Positions 1-9,605 of a stretch of 64,000 nt of DNA are shown here, in pieces (within the stretch, counting starts at the first letter, position 1; each line of letters starts with the position of its first letter). The notes beneath the pieces were generated by a model. The model ran no database searches. It saw only the letters and a list, made by a program, of their open reading frames with translations, and had not been told where the DNA came from. The stretch is from Chthoniobacteraceae bacterium (GTDB lineage: Bacteria > Verrucomicrobiota > Verrucomicrobiia > Chthoniobacterales > Chthoniobacteraceae), in contig JANNXQ010000127.1 in assembly GCA_031409655.1 (NCBI GenBank), positions 32,001 to 96,000 of the forward strand, written 5' to 3'. Position numbers and translations under genes: made by a program.

Positions 1-1541
1 CTTGAGAAGGCGAGGTCGAGGCGCGTGAGATGGCCAGTCGCGAGCCACCCTTCAAGTTGCTCTTGGTAAAGAAAGTCAGTGACCCTCTTTTGATCGCCGA
101 AGAGGAGCCAGTTGCGCCCTTTGTCTCCGAGGGCCGCGCGCTCTTCCAGGAAAGCGCGGAAGGGTGCGATGCCAGTCCCGGGGCCGCACATGATCACCGG
201 CACGTCACCATTCATCGGGAGGCGGAAGCCGTGGGAGACCTGGATGAAGACCGGTACCGGGGTTTCCGCGCTGACGCGATCAGCGAGGAAGGTCGAGGCG
301 ATACCCTTGCGAGCCCGCCCGTGGCTTTCGTAGCGCACGGCACCCACGGTGAGATGGACTTCGTCGGGATGGGCCTTTGGACTTGAGGAGATGGAGTAAA
401 GTCGTGGTTGTAACTTCTTGAGCAGCGCAATGAATTCGCCCGACGTGAAGGGGGATTTCATGCCCGCCAGCACGTCGATCACTTCGCGGCCCCAGAGGAA
501 CTTCTTCAGTTCGTCCTTCCGTGCCGGATCGAGCAGGGCGGCGAGTTCGGCGTGGCGGGCGGAGGCGGCTTTGAGAAAGTCGGGCGACGGGCGCGTGATG
601 TCGTAGCTCTGGGCGAGCGCGTGGCGGAGCGAGGTCTCCGCGCCATCGGGGTTCGCGACCGCTTCCTCGCCATCGCGTCCGAGGACCTTGAGCAAATCAG
701 CGACGAGAACGGGACAGTTTGTCGGCATCAAGCCGAGGGCGTCGCCGACTTCATAGGTCATACCGGAGCCGGCGAGAGTGATTTCAAAGTGGCGCACCTC
801 TTTGCCTGACCCTTGACCGGTCAGCACGCGATTGGTGACGAGACGGGCGGAAAATGGGTTTGTCCGGGAGAAGCCTTGCGGAGCCTCCGCACCCGGGGTT
901 GCGGAGACTCCGCTGGGGTCCTCGAGCGCTAGGAGGGCCGCGCCGTTCGAGGATGAAAGGGCGGCGAAAACACCTTCTGTCCAGGCTTTCGCCAGAGCGT
1001 CGTAGTCCACGTCGCAGTCCACGCGCGGATGCACCCGTTGCGCGCCGAGTTCTTCAAAGCGTTCGTCACAGAGTTTTCCGAACTGGCAGAAGTCCGGATA
1101 ATTCGTGTCGCCTAACGCGAGGACGGAGAAATGGGTGCGGTCCAGACGCGGCGCGCCCTCCCCTTTCAGGTAACTCCAGAAGGTCTGCGCATTATCCGGG
1201 GGCTCACCTTCACCGTAGGTACTGGTGATGACGAGGAGATGCTCGGATGAGGCAAGATCGACGGTCTCGTGCTTTTCCATGCAAACGAGCTTCGGCGCAA
1301 ACCCTCGCGTCTCTGCAACCTTGGCGGTTTTTTTGGCGAGCCCTTCTGCCGTTCCAGTCTGGCTCCCAAAAAGAATCGTCAACGGCTTTGTTGGCGCAGC
1401 GGGGGCGGTACGCACTGTTTCGAGAGCGCGGGAGCCGGCTCCGGCGTCGGAGAAAAAGCCAGCTAGATAGCCATTCAGCCACAGGCGCTGCTCGGCAGTG
1501 AACGGAGCATTCTCGGGAATGAATGGGATCTGATTCGTCAT
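1..1541 (-). CDS. cysJ: Sulfite reductase alpha-subunit-like diflavin reductase (flavodoxin + FAD/NADPH domains); 3' end runs off the window
   Basis: Not in the ORF track because there is no stop in the window. Manual translation from ATG 1541 gives MTNQIPFIPENAPF, LFGSQTGTAEGLA, TSTYGEGEPPDNA, ALGDTNY, RLYSISSS, GPGTGIAPFRAFL, LDLAFS. Confidence 0.88.
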   Translation of the reverse strand, partial: MTNQIPFIPENAPFTAEQRLWLNGYLAGFFSDAGAGSRALETVRTAPAAPTKPLTILFGSQTGTAEGLAKKTAKVAETRGFAPKLVCMEKHETVDLASSEHLLVITSTYGEGEPPDNAQTFWSYLKGEGAPRLDRTHFSVLALGDTNYPDFCQFGKLCDERFEELGAQRVHPRVDCDVDYDALAKAWTEGVFAALSSSNGAALLALEDPSGVSATPGAEAPQGFSRTNPFSARLVTNRVLTGQGSGKEVRHFEITLAGSGMTYEVGDALGLMPTNCPVLVADLLKVLGRDGEEAVANPDGAETSLRHALAQSYDITRPSPDFLKAASARHAELAALLDPARKDELKKFLWGREVIDVLAGMKSPFTSGEFIALLKKLQPRLYSISSSPKAHPDEVHLTVGAVRYESHGRARKGIASTFLADRVSAETPVPVFIQVSHGFRLPMNGDVPVIMCGPGTGIAPFRAFLEERAALGDKGRNWLLFGDQKRVTDFLYQEQLEGWLATGHLTRLDLAFS

Positions 1542-1623
1542 TGTGTTGGAAAATGGCCTTCGGATGGCGTCCGCCGCGCGGGATGGACCACGCGGCGGGC
1601 GAACCAACAAAGAATGCGTGGAG

Positions 1624-3129
1624 TTAGAAGGTAATGGTGGCTTGGACGTAGCCGAAGTTGGCGTCGTCGCTCGCTCCGGTGTCGCTGAGATAGTCGCCGG
1701 CGAAGAAATGGCTGAAGCCCACTTCGAGCGCCAGGTGCTTGTTCACGTTCCATTGCGCAAGCACGTCCACCTCGGAACCCGCATAGCTATCGGCATTTCG
1801 GGCCAGGACGCCCAAAGGACGAACGGCAGCGGTGCCGTTCGCGCGGTACCAGACGTCATCGGTGCTCGCGAGCCAGAAGGCGCGGAATTCCGCCTTGAGC
1901 GTCACGGATTTTACTGGCTGCGCCTTCAGGCTGACTTCGATCTCATGCATGTTCTGCCAGGAGAAGACGTCCATCTGGCCGTAGAATTTGTGATTCGTCG
2001 GAAAGAGATTTTGGAAGGTCTCGATCTGGCCGTCAGCCGGATCATCGTCGCCGGAGCCGTAGTTATAGGCCACGCCGAGGCGGGGCATCCAACCGGTGTC
2101 AAAGGTGTAACCCAGGCCGCCGTGTACTGCGAAGGCTGTGAGATCGAGCCCGCGCACTTCGCCAGTCTGGAAGGCGGCTTCGAGTTCGTAGTCGAGACCC
2201 ACAGGTTTCGGTGCAGCGGGCGGTGGCGTGGATTTTCCATCCATGACCGATTTGCCGTCGGTGGCTGGGGCCGGGGCCGAGGACGCGAAGGCGCCCGGCT
2301 TTGACTTGATGCGCAGCCCGAAAGTGGCGAAGTCCGTATTGCCGCGTGCGGCGGGAAAGAACTTTGCGGTGGTATTCTCGTGGAGGTGCAGCGCGTAGAG
2401 GTCGATCGTTTGTGGCCCAAGTCCTGTCGTGCTGAAGTAGAGCCCGCTGAAGATTTGTTCACGGTCGGTTTCATTGCCGTTGAAGAGGTCAGACTGGTTG
2501 TAGCTCCCGCGCTCCGGGACCACGACGGTCGAAGCGAAGGCATCGAGCCACCACGTCTTTTCCTCCCAACGGAGTTTCACTGCATCAAAGGTGCGGCCAA
2601 TGTTGTTCCAGTCGAAGGCACCGATGAGCCGCTCGTCGCCGTAGCTGAGGATCTGCCGACCCACCTTGAGGGTCAGCGGGAAGTTCTTGGCATTGCCAAA
2701 TTCAAACCAGCCCTGCCGGAGATCAAAGGCGTCGTCACCTTCGGCTCCAAGGAGGCCGGGAAAATCGGGCCGATCGGAGTTAACCTCCCGTGAGTCCTGT
2801 CCCTGAACGTAGATCTTGAACCAATCACAGGGCTTGACCAACATCCCGATGCGGGCGCGCTGCAGGAACCAGTTGTCGTCGGTGAGCACGTTGACGGCAT
2901 CGTTGAAGTCAAAGTTGTTATCCCGAATTTCCCAGCGGACGCGCTCTTGGAAGTCGAAGACGAGGGCCCCGCCGAGGAAGCTCAGGGGGTTGCTTTCCGG
3001 AGCCTTGTCCAGCATGGGCTTGCCGTCGGTGGACTTTGCATACGTCTCTCCTGCCTGGATGGACATGAAGCTGCTGGTGAGCAGCGCTGCCGCAAGCAGG
3101 GCTCCGCTTTTTTTGGTTGGTTGGGTCAT
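1624..3129 (-). CDS. Alginate-export (AlgE-like) family outer-membrane porin
   Basis: Signal peptide from MTQPTKK; motifs VGRQILSYGDERLIG, W-N-GRTFDAVK, TFQNLFPTNHKFYG; terminal Phe beta-strand. Confidence 0.82.
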   Translation of the reverse strand: MTQPTKKSGALLAAALLTSSFMSIQAGETYAKSTDGKPMLDKAPESNPLSFLGGALVFDFQERVRWEIRDNNFDFNDAVNVLTDDNWFLQRARIGMLVKPCDWFKIYVQGQDSREVNSDRPDFPGLLGAEGDDAFDLRQGWFEFGNAKNFPLTLKVGRQILSYGDERLIGAFDWNNIGRTFDAVKLRWEEKTWWLDAFASTVVVPERGSYNQSDLFNGNETDREQIFSGLYFSTTGLGPQTIDLYALHLHENTTAKFFPAARGNTDFATFGLRIKSKPGAFASSAPAPATDGKSVMDGKSTPPPAAPKPVGLDYELEAAFQTGEVRGLDLTAFAVHGGLGYTFDTGWMPRLGVAYNYGSGDDDPADGQIETFQNLFPTNHKFYGQMDVFSWQNMHEIEVSLKAQPVKSVTLKAEFRAFWLASTDDVWYRANGTAAVRPLGVLARNADSYAGSEVDVLAQWNVNKHLALEVGFSHFFAGDYLSDTGASDDANFGYVQATITF

Positions 3130-3203
3130 GGTGTGGATCGATGGGTGCGACGATGCTCCGCCGCGGGGTAGGTTTTCTGAAGGCATGAGCGGGAGCATCC
3201 GGT

Positions 3204-4055
3204 TCATGCAGCAGCGACCTCCACTGACTTATCGGCAGCGACGGTCGCGAATGAGTGGGGCGTGGCGGGTTGTTTGTGCGCCTTTACTTCCAGGAAGTGG
3301 ATGAGCTGCGCTCGGAGGGTGTAGTAGTCCGGGTGTTCCATGACGGCCTTGCGCTCCCGCGGGCGAGGAAAGTTGACCTCGATCACTTCACCGATGCCAG
3401 CCTCGGGCCCGTCCGTCATACAAATGATGCGATCGCTGAGAAAAAGAGCCTCATCGACATCGTGGGTGACCATCATGGCGGTGATCTTTTCGCGGCGCCA
3501 AAGCTGGATGAGCACCTCTTGAAGCTCGTAGCGGGTGAGCGAGTCGAGCATCCCGAAAGGCTCATCTAGGAGCAGCATCTTAGGCGCGAGCGCAAAGGCT
3601 CTGGCGATGCCGACGCGCTGCCGCATCCCTTGGGAAAGTTCTGCTGGGCGCTTCTCCATGGCGTCGCCGAGGCCGACGAGAGTCAGGTAATATTCGGCGA
3701 TCTGTTCGCGCTCGATGGGTGCCGCCGTGTAGAAGACCTGATTCACCCCGAGCATGACGTTTTCTTTCGCGCTCATCCAGGGGAGTAAGGATGGGGATTG
3801 AAAGACGACGCCGCGATCGGGTCCGGGCCCGGTGAGTTCTTTGCCGGCAAGGATGATGGCTCCGGAGGTGATCGTGCTGAGCCCTGCCGCCATCATCAGG
3901 ATCGTAGATTTTCCACAACCCGAGTGGCCGATGACGGTGACGAACTCTCCCTTGCGAAACTTAAAGTCCACGTCTTTCACGATGACTGCTTCGCCCTTGG
4001 GTGACGGGTAGCTCTTGGTCAGCTTGGAAAGTTCCAGGTACGCCTTGTCGCTCAT
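3204..4055 (-). CDS. nrtD: Nitrate/bicarbonate-type ABC transporter ATP-binding protein
   Basis: GHSGCGKS, GPDRGVVFQ, LSQGMRQR, LLLDEPFGMLD, VTHDVDEA. Confidence 0.9.
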   Translation of the reverse strand: MSDKAYLELSKLTKSYPSPKGEAVIVKDVDFKFRKGEFVTVIGHSGCGKSTILMMAAGLSTITSGAIILAGKELTGPGPDRGVVFQSPSLLPWMSAKENVMLGVNQVFYTAAPIEREQIAEYYLTLVGLGDAMEKRPAELSQGMRQRVGIARAFALAPKMLLLDEPFGMLDSLTRYELQEVLIQLWRREKITAMMVTHDVDEALFLSDRIICMTDGPEAGIGEVIEVNFPRPRERKAVMEHPDYYTLRAQLIHFLEVKAHKQPATPHSFATVAADKSVEVAAA

Positions 4056-4969
4056 CCGATCACCTCCACGGATTCGCGCTTCTCCTCGCTGCGGCGACGC
4101 GGTCGGCGTTTTTGGCCGAAGGGTAGGCGTGGAGCGTCGAGATCTTCGGGGATGAGGTCGGGCAGGACTAACTTCATGGTCATCGCCGTCTTCCGTTGGT
4201 CGGTTGCTTTCAGCAGGTAGTGCACGACTTCGATGCGGGTCTGCTTAAAGTCGTAGTTGGTGCCGATCTCGGTGCGCAGACGCGGGCGGGGTATGGTGAC
4301 CGGGATCGAGGGGCCGAGCGTGGCCCGCGGGCCGGCGGTCAGGGGGACGACACGATCGGCGAGCAGGATGGCTTCGTCCGGGTCATTGGTGATCAGGATG
4401 ACGGTCTTCTTCTCTTCCTGGCAGATGCGGTTGATTTCATCCTGCAGATTGGCGCGGGTGAGTGCGTCGAGAGCGCTGAGGGGCTCGTCGAGTAAAAGAA
4501 TCTCCGGTTGCATGGCGAGGGCACGGGCCACCGCGACCCGCTGGCGCATGCCGCCAGAGAGTTCACTCGGGATCTTCGTCAAAGCTGGCGTGAGATTTAC
4601 CATCGCGATGTATTTTTCGGTATGGACGCGGCGTTGTTCTACCGTCCACTCCGGGAAGATCTGATCCACGGCCAGAGCGACATTTTCGAAGACGGTGAGC
4701 CACGGGAGCAGGCTGTAGTTCTGAAAGACGATGCCGCGGTCGGGACCGGGGCCGGTTACTCGCTGGCCCTTGAGAGTGACCGTGCCTTCATCGGGGAATT
4801 GCAAGCCGAGGATGAGGGACATCAGCGTGGTTTTGCCTGCACCGGAGTAACCAATGATGGCGACAAACTCGCCTTGTTCGACCTCGAGATGCAGATCGTG
4901 CAGGACTTCGGTGCGAGCCTTCGCAGGGCCGAAGCCTTTGCTCACTCCTTTGATTTCAAGATAAGCCAT
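4052..4969 (-). CDS. nrtC: Nitrate-type ABC transporter ATP-binding protein (short, no C-terminal NrtA-like domain)
   Basis: GYSGAGKT, VFQNYSLLPW, LSGGMRQR, LLLDEP; stop overlaps the next start. Confidence 0.88.
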   Translation of the reverse strand: MAYLEIKGVSKGFGPAKARTEVLHDLHLEVEQGEFVAIIGYSGAGKTTLMSLILGLQFPDEGTVTLKGQRVTGPGPDRGIVFQNYSLLPWLTVFENVALAVDQIFPEWTVEQRRVHTEKYIAMVNLTPALTKIPSELSGGMRQRVAVARALAMQPEILLLDEPLSALDALTRANLQDEINRICQEEKKTVILITNDPDEAILLADRVVPLTAGPRATLGPSIPVTIPRPRLRTEIGTNYDFKQTRIEVVHYLLKATDQRKTAMTMKLVLPDLIPEDLDAPRLPFGQKRRPRRRSEEKRESVEVIG

Positions 4970-4976
4970 GGGTGGT

Positions 4977-5861
4977 TTAAGCGGTTTTGAACCGGCCCTC
5001 GATCACGCTCATGATGCGATCAAGGAGGAAGCCGACGATCCCGATGGTGAGGATGGAAAGGATGATGTGCGCGTAGCTCAGCGCGTTGTATTGCTGCCAG
5101 AGGAAGCCGCCGATCCCGGGCTTTCCGGTGAGCATTTCCGCGGCGACGATGACCAGCCAGGCGATGCCGAGCGAGAGTCGGAAGCCGGTGAACATGTAGG
5201 GGAGCGTCGCGGGGAGGAGAACTTTGAAGAGCGTCTTCGTCCGCGAGAGTTTCAGCACCTTGGCGACGTTCAAATAGTCTTGCGGGATGGCGCGGACTCC
5301 GACCGCGGTGTTCAGGACGGTGGGCCACATGGAGCAGATGGCGATGGTGAAAATCGCGGCGAGGTCGGAGGCTGTGTAGTCCAGCGTCGTTCCGGGAATG
5401 CTGATTTTTGCCCCGAGGAAGAGCACCATCCCCAAAGGCAGCCAGGCGAGCGGGGAGACCGGGCGGAGGACCTGAAAGATCGGGTCGAACATCTTCGAAA
5501 AGGTCTTCGAGAGGCCTAGGAAGAAGCCGATCGGCGTGCCCACGATGAGGGCGATGGCGTAGCCTTGGACGACGAGCTTCAGCGAAAGCCAGGTGAATCG
5601 AAGGATGCCTTGGTCCAGCTCGCCGCGCTTGGCAAAGGGCTCGGTGATGTAGAGCTTGCTCCTGTCCCAAGTTTCGATGGGGGAGGGGAGATCGGCCGAT
5701 AAGCCACTGCGCTGCACCTTCACGATCTTATCGCCGAAGTCGTCGATGTACTCCGTCTTCTTCTCTTTGCCGGCGATGAACGCCCAGAAGATCAAGCAGA
5801 CGACGACACCGATGGCAGGTAGGACCAACCAATCGAGTTTCTTAAGCGAGTTTTCGTGCAT
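4977..5861 (-). CDS. nrtB: Nitrate ABC transporter permease
   Basis: DPIFQVLRPVSPLAWLP, WPTVLNTAVGV, GIAWLVIVAAEML. Confidence 0.92.
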   Translation of the reverse strand: MHENSLKKLDWLVLPAIGVVVCLIFWAFIAGKEKKTEYIDDFGDKIVKVQRSGLSADLPSPIETWDRSKLYITEPFAKRGELDQGILRFTWLSLKLVVQGYAIALIVGTPIGFFLGLSKTFSKMFDPIFQVLRPVSPLAWLPLGMVLFLGAKISIPGTTLDYTASDLAAIFTIAICSMWPTVLNTAVGVRAIPQDYLNVAKVLKLSRTKTLFKVLLPATLPYMFTGFRLSLGIAWLVIVAAEMLTGKPGIGGFLWQQYNALSYAHIILSILTIGIVGFLLDRIMSVIEGRFKTA

Positions 5862-5873
5862 AGGTGATGGCGG

Positions 5874-7166
5874 CTATTTGTGGAAGCTGTTGACGGAAAA
5901 GGCGGAGGCGTATTCTTCCGGGGCGGTGGGCTGGAAGGTAGAGCCGTCGAACAAGGACTCGGGAGCGAGGTCGGGCCCGCCGTGAAGCGCGCCGATCTCT
6001 TGCATGGCGGCTGCGTAGAAGTCTGGGCGCATGACCCGCGCGGCTACTCCGAGGTAGTCCGGCGCGAGGGGCAGCATCGTCCAGCGGCGGAACTGCGAAA
6101 GCCACCAAAGGGCATACTTGGCTTGGGGATAGTTGGCGTTGCGGGCGCTGAGGGTTAGACCGCGAAGGTCCGTGCGTTGGCGGCCATCGCCGTAATCCAT
6201 GCGGTTCCCGAGGCGGGCGCGAATTAACTCGGGAGGTGCGCCGATGTACTCGGGCTGGCCAAGGAGGGCTGCCAAGGCGTCATGGTTTGCCGGATCGTCG
6301 CACCAGAGGCTGGCTTCGTGCAGGGCCTTCAGGACGGCTTTGACGGTCTTTGGATGCGCCTCAGCAAACTCCTCGGTGAAGGCGAGGACTTTCTCCGGAT
6401 GGTCGGGCCAGATGTCCTCCGTTGCGATCGTCGTAAAGCCCAGATCATCGGCAATGGCGCGGGTGTTCCACGGTTCACCGACACAGAAGCCGTCCATCCG
6501 TCCGGTGCGCAAATTGGCCACCATCTGCGGCGGGGGCACGGTGATGAGGGCCAGATCCTTGTCGGGATGAATGCCGCCCGCGGCCAGCCAGTAGCGGAGC
6601 CACATGGCGTGGGTGCCCGGGGCGAGCGTGATCCCAAAGACCAAAGGCCGGCCTTTGTCCCGCGCCTCAAAGGCCATGGGACGGAGCAACTTTGGGTCGG
6701 CGCCGACCTTGCCGCGATACTTGCGGCCCAGCGTGATGGCTTGGCCATTGCGGCTCAGGATCCAGGGGATGATGAGGGGCTTCTGTTCGGTGCCCAGCTT
6801 ACCGACGGCCGCGCCGATTGGCATGCCGAAGAGCATTTGGGCGGCTTGGAGTTGTCCGGAGTTCAGGGCATCGCGCAGCGCGGTCCAACTGGCGACCTTG
6901 GTGATACTGGCCTGCAGACCATATTTTGCAAAGAGCCCATGGGCCAACGCGACCACGATCGGTGCGCAATCCACCAGGGGCAGAATGCCGAAGGAAAGTT
7001 GCGCCACTTCTGGCCTGCCCTCGACCGAAACCCCATTCGCCCGGCCGCCCGGCAGGAGCGTCGCAAGATCGAGACCTTCTCCACGATGGGCGGGGATGTC
7101 GTGATCGAGCGCGCGCGCTCCCGGAGCGGAGCCGTTCAAAGTAAGATCGAGGTCGAAGGCGTTCAT
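5874..7166 (-). CDS. NrtA/CmpA-family solute-binding protein paralogue with no evident export signal
   Basis: GILPLVDCAP, NGQAIT, GTHAMW, PPPQMVAN, CVGEPWN, HPEKV; N-terminus has no hydrophobic or Tat signal. Confidence 0.85.
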   Translation of the reverse strand: MNAFDLDLTLNGSAPGARALDHDIPAHRGEGLDLATLLPGGRANGVSVEGRPEVAQLSFGILPLVDCAPIVVALAHGLFAKYGLQASITKVASWTALRDALNSGQLQAAQMLFGMPIGAAVGKLGTEQKPLIIPWILSRNGQAITLGRKYRGKVGADPKLLRPMAFEARDKGRPLVFGITLAPGTHAMWLRYWLAAGGIHPDKDLALITVPPPQMVANLRTGRMDGFCVGEPWNTRAIADDLGFTTIATEDIWPDHPEKVLAFTEEFAEAHPKTVKAVLKALHEASLWCDDPANHDALAALLGQPEYIGAPPELIRARLGNRMDYGDGRQRTDLRGLTLSARNANYPQAKYALWWLSQFRRWTMLPLAPDYLGVAARVMRPDFYAAAMQEIGALHGGPDLAPESLFDGSTFQPTAPEEYASAFSVNSFHK

Positions 7167-7172
7167 TGCGGG

Positions 7173-8447
7173 CTAACCCTTTACACTGTGGATCGGGAAG
7201 CCTTTCGCGTAGGCTTCCAGGTCGCCCTTGGGATCAAACTTCACGCCGTCGAAGAGCGTCTCCGGGCTGTTATCCAGGACGCCCTTGGTGTAGCCGATCT
7301 CCTTCATGGCTTCTTCGTAAATGTCGGGACGCATGACCTGTTTCGCGACGCCCTCGTAGTCTGGCGCGCCTTCCACCAGACCCCAGCGCCGGAACTGGGT
7401 GAGCCACCACTGGCAATACTTGGGCTGCGGATAGTTACAGTTCCGATCGCTGAAGATCATGTAGTTCGGGTCCCTCAGCTTGCGTCCGTCGCCGTAGAGA
7501 TACTTGCCTTGCAAGCGACCGAGGATCACGTCTTCAGGGCAATTGATATAGGTCGGTGAAGCCACGATCCTGGCCTGCTCGGGGCGGTTATCCATCACGT
7601 CCAGCCAGACGCTGGCTTCGTGCAGAGCTTTGAGAATGGCCTTCACGGTCTTCGGGTTCTTGGCGGAAAATTCCTCAGTGAACGCACAGACCTTCTCGGG
7701 GTGATCTTTCCAGATGGCCTGGGTCGAGACGCTGGTGAAGCCGATGTCGTCGGCGATGGCACGGGCGTTCCATGGTTCACCGACACAATAACCATCCATC
7801 TTACCGGCTTTCATATTGGCGACCATCTGTGGTGGGGGCACGGTGATGAGGGAGACATCGGTATCGGGATTGATGCCGCCGGCTGCGAGATAGTAGCGCA
7901 TCCACATGGCGTGCGTCCCGGGCGGGAAGGTCATGGCAAAGGAGAGTGGAGTGCCAGCTTTCCTGGCTTCCTCCGCAAAGGGCTTCAGCGCCTTTGGATC
8001 GTCGGTGACCTTCCCTTTGAACTTATTGGACAGGGTGATGGCCTGACCGTTGCGGTTCATGAGCCACGGCACGATCATCGGCTTCTTTGGGGAGCCGCCC
8101 AGACCCATGGTCGAGGCGATCGGCATCCCGAGAAGCATGTGGGTGGCCTGAATGTCACCGTTGGACAATGAATCACGAATCGCCGCCCAGTTCGCGCCCT
8201 TCGTAACGATCGAGTTGATGCCATACTTTTTGAAGAGCCCCTTTTCGTGCGCGATGACGATGGAAGAACAGTCCGTCAGCGCGATGATGCCAAATTTCAT
8301 GTCGGCAGTTTCCGGTGCATCGCTGGCGTAGGCAGATCCCATCCAGCCTTTCGGGAGGCCACCGAAGAGGGTGGCGAGTCCGAGGCCTTTGGTGGTTTTG
8401 GAAAGGAAGGTGCGCCGTGATTGGGTGATGTTGGTGGGTTGGTTCAT
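7173..8447 (-). CDS. nrtA: Nitrate ABC transporter periplasmic binding protein (Tat-exported)
   Basis: Twin-arginine SRRTFL; GIIALTDC, NGQAIT, GTHAMW, CVGEPWN, HPEKV. Confidence 0.9.
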   Translation of the reverse strand: MNQPTNITQSRRTFLSKTTKGLGLATLFGGLPKGWMGSAYASDAPETADMKFGIIALTDCSSIVIAHEKGLFKKYGINSIVTKGANWAAIRDSLSNGDIQATHMLLGMPIASTMGLGGSPKKPMIVPWLMNRNGQAITLSNKFKGKVTDDPKALKPFAEEARKAGTPLSFAMTFPPGTHAMWMRYYLAAGGINPDTDVSLITVPPPQMVANMKAGKMDGYCVGEPWNARAIADDIGFTSVSTQAIWKDHPEKVCAFTEEFSAKNPKTVKAILKALHEASVWLDVMDNRPEQARIVASPTYINCPEDVILGRLQGKYLYGDGRKLRDPNYMIFSDRNCNYPQPKYCQWWLTQFRRWGLVEGAPDYEGVAKQVMRPDIYEEAMKEIGYTKGVLDNSPETLFDGVKFDPKGDLEAYAKGFPIHSVKG

Positions 8448-9490
8448 TGGTCAGTGGTGGAGATGAGAGCGAGTGCCTGGCGGTGGATATCTGCGCGGAA
8501 CCACGCCTGCGCGCCGTGGCGCGGCAGGATGGTGGGATCTGGAACGAGGCCGGCGGAGAGGAGGTTTTCGATGACCCACTCGGCTTTGTCGGTGGTGGGT
8601 TCATTCGCGTCGTCGCCGGCGAAGATGTGAAAGTCGCGGTGCTTTTCGACACGGCCGTGGCCGTAGTCGAATGTGCCGCCCATGCCCATGCGCAGGGACT
8701 GGATGGGGGCGCCGATGTATTCGGGCTGGGCGAGGGTCTCGATGAGGCGCTCGCGATTCGCGGGCTTCTCGCAGAAGGCGCAGGCCTCAAAGATCGCCGC
8801 GACCAGCGCCAGGTGCTCGCGCTCCATCCGTTCGGCGAAGGTCTTGCGGACCAGCAGCACTTTCTCCGGATGGCGTGGCGCGAGATCGAGGCTGGTGGCG
8901 ACGCACCAACCGGTGCGGGACAGCACGGCCATCGAGTTCCAAGGTTCACCAACGCAGTAGCCATCGAGGTGTCCCGCTTGCAGGTTCGCGTGGACCTGCG
9001 CGGGCGGCACGACGACGATCTGGACGTCGCGGTCCGGTGCGAGGTCGTGCTCGCGGAGCCAGAGGCGCAGCAGGCAATGGTGCGCGGAATAGGGATGCAC
9101 CACCCCGAGGGTCAGCCGTTCGCGACTCCTGGAGACCACTTCGCGTAGGGTGCGTCCGTCGCGCACCCCACGGCGCCACAGACTTTCGGAAAGGGTGATC
9201 GCATTGCCCTGAAGATTGAGCACCAGCGCAGTGAGGCAGTCGGCCTGGATCGAGCCGAGGCCACAGCTCGCGGAGACGACCAGTCCGGCAGGTGCATGGG
9301 CGGCGTCGAGTTCGCCGTAGATGACCTTGTCTCGGATCGTCGCCCAGCCCACTTCCCGGTGGAGTTCGACTTCGACGTCGTACTTTTCAAAGAGCCCAAG
9401 CTCCTGCGCCATGATCAAGGGTGCGCTGTCCACGAGCGCCACGAAGCCGAGTCGAATCGGGTGGTGGAGCGGGTGGATGTTATTGCGCAT
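8444..9490 (-). CDS. NasS-like cytoplasmic NrtA-fold nitrate sensor
   Basis: No signal peptide; GFVALVDSAPL, WATIRDK, GNAIT, VHPYSAH, CVGEPW, PEKVL resemble the NasS subgroup. Confidence 0.72.
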   Translation of the reverse strand: MRNNIHPLHHPIRLGFVALVDSAPLIMAQELGLFEKYDVEVELHREVGWATIRDKVIYGELDAAHAPAGLVVSASCGLGSIQADCLTALVLNLQGNAITLSESLWRRGVRDGRTLREVVSRSRERLTLGVVHPYSAHHCLLRLWLREHDLAPDRDVQIVVVPPAQVHANLQAGHLDGYCVGEPWNSMAVLSRTGWCVATSLDLAPRHPEKVLLVRKTFAERMEREHLALVAAIFEACAFCEKPANRERLIETLAQPEYIGAPIQSLRMGMGGTFDYGHGRVEKHRDFHIFAGDDANEPTTDKAEWVIENLLSAGLVPDPTILPRHGAQAWFRADIHRQALALISTTDQ

Positions 9491-9521
9491 CGATGTGGCG
9501 AAATTTGCGATGCGAGCCCTT

Positions 9522-9538
9522 TAGCCTCTGCCATGCCA
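9522..9538 (-). promoter_or_regulatory. Candidate sigma-54 (-24/-12) promoter for the nitrate operon
   Basis: Minus strand TGGCATGGCAGAGGCTA = TGGCA with GG-N10-GC spacing, about 30 nt before ATG 9490; the -12 element is imperfect. Confidence 0.4.
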
Positions 9539-9578
9539 TGAGCGGCGAAGTGGGCGTATAAACAGATTGCGATGTTTT

Positions 9579-9604
9579 TATGAATGTGATGAAAGGGATT
9601 CATA
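9579..9604. promoter_or_regulatory. Candidate LysR binding box
   Basis: ATGA-N7-TCAT (T-N11-A) at 9589-9603, inside a TATGAAT...ATTCATA inverted repeat, just before the LysR start. Confidence 0.55.
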
Positions 9605-9605
9605 C

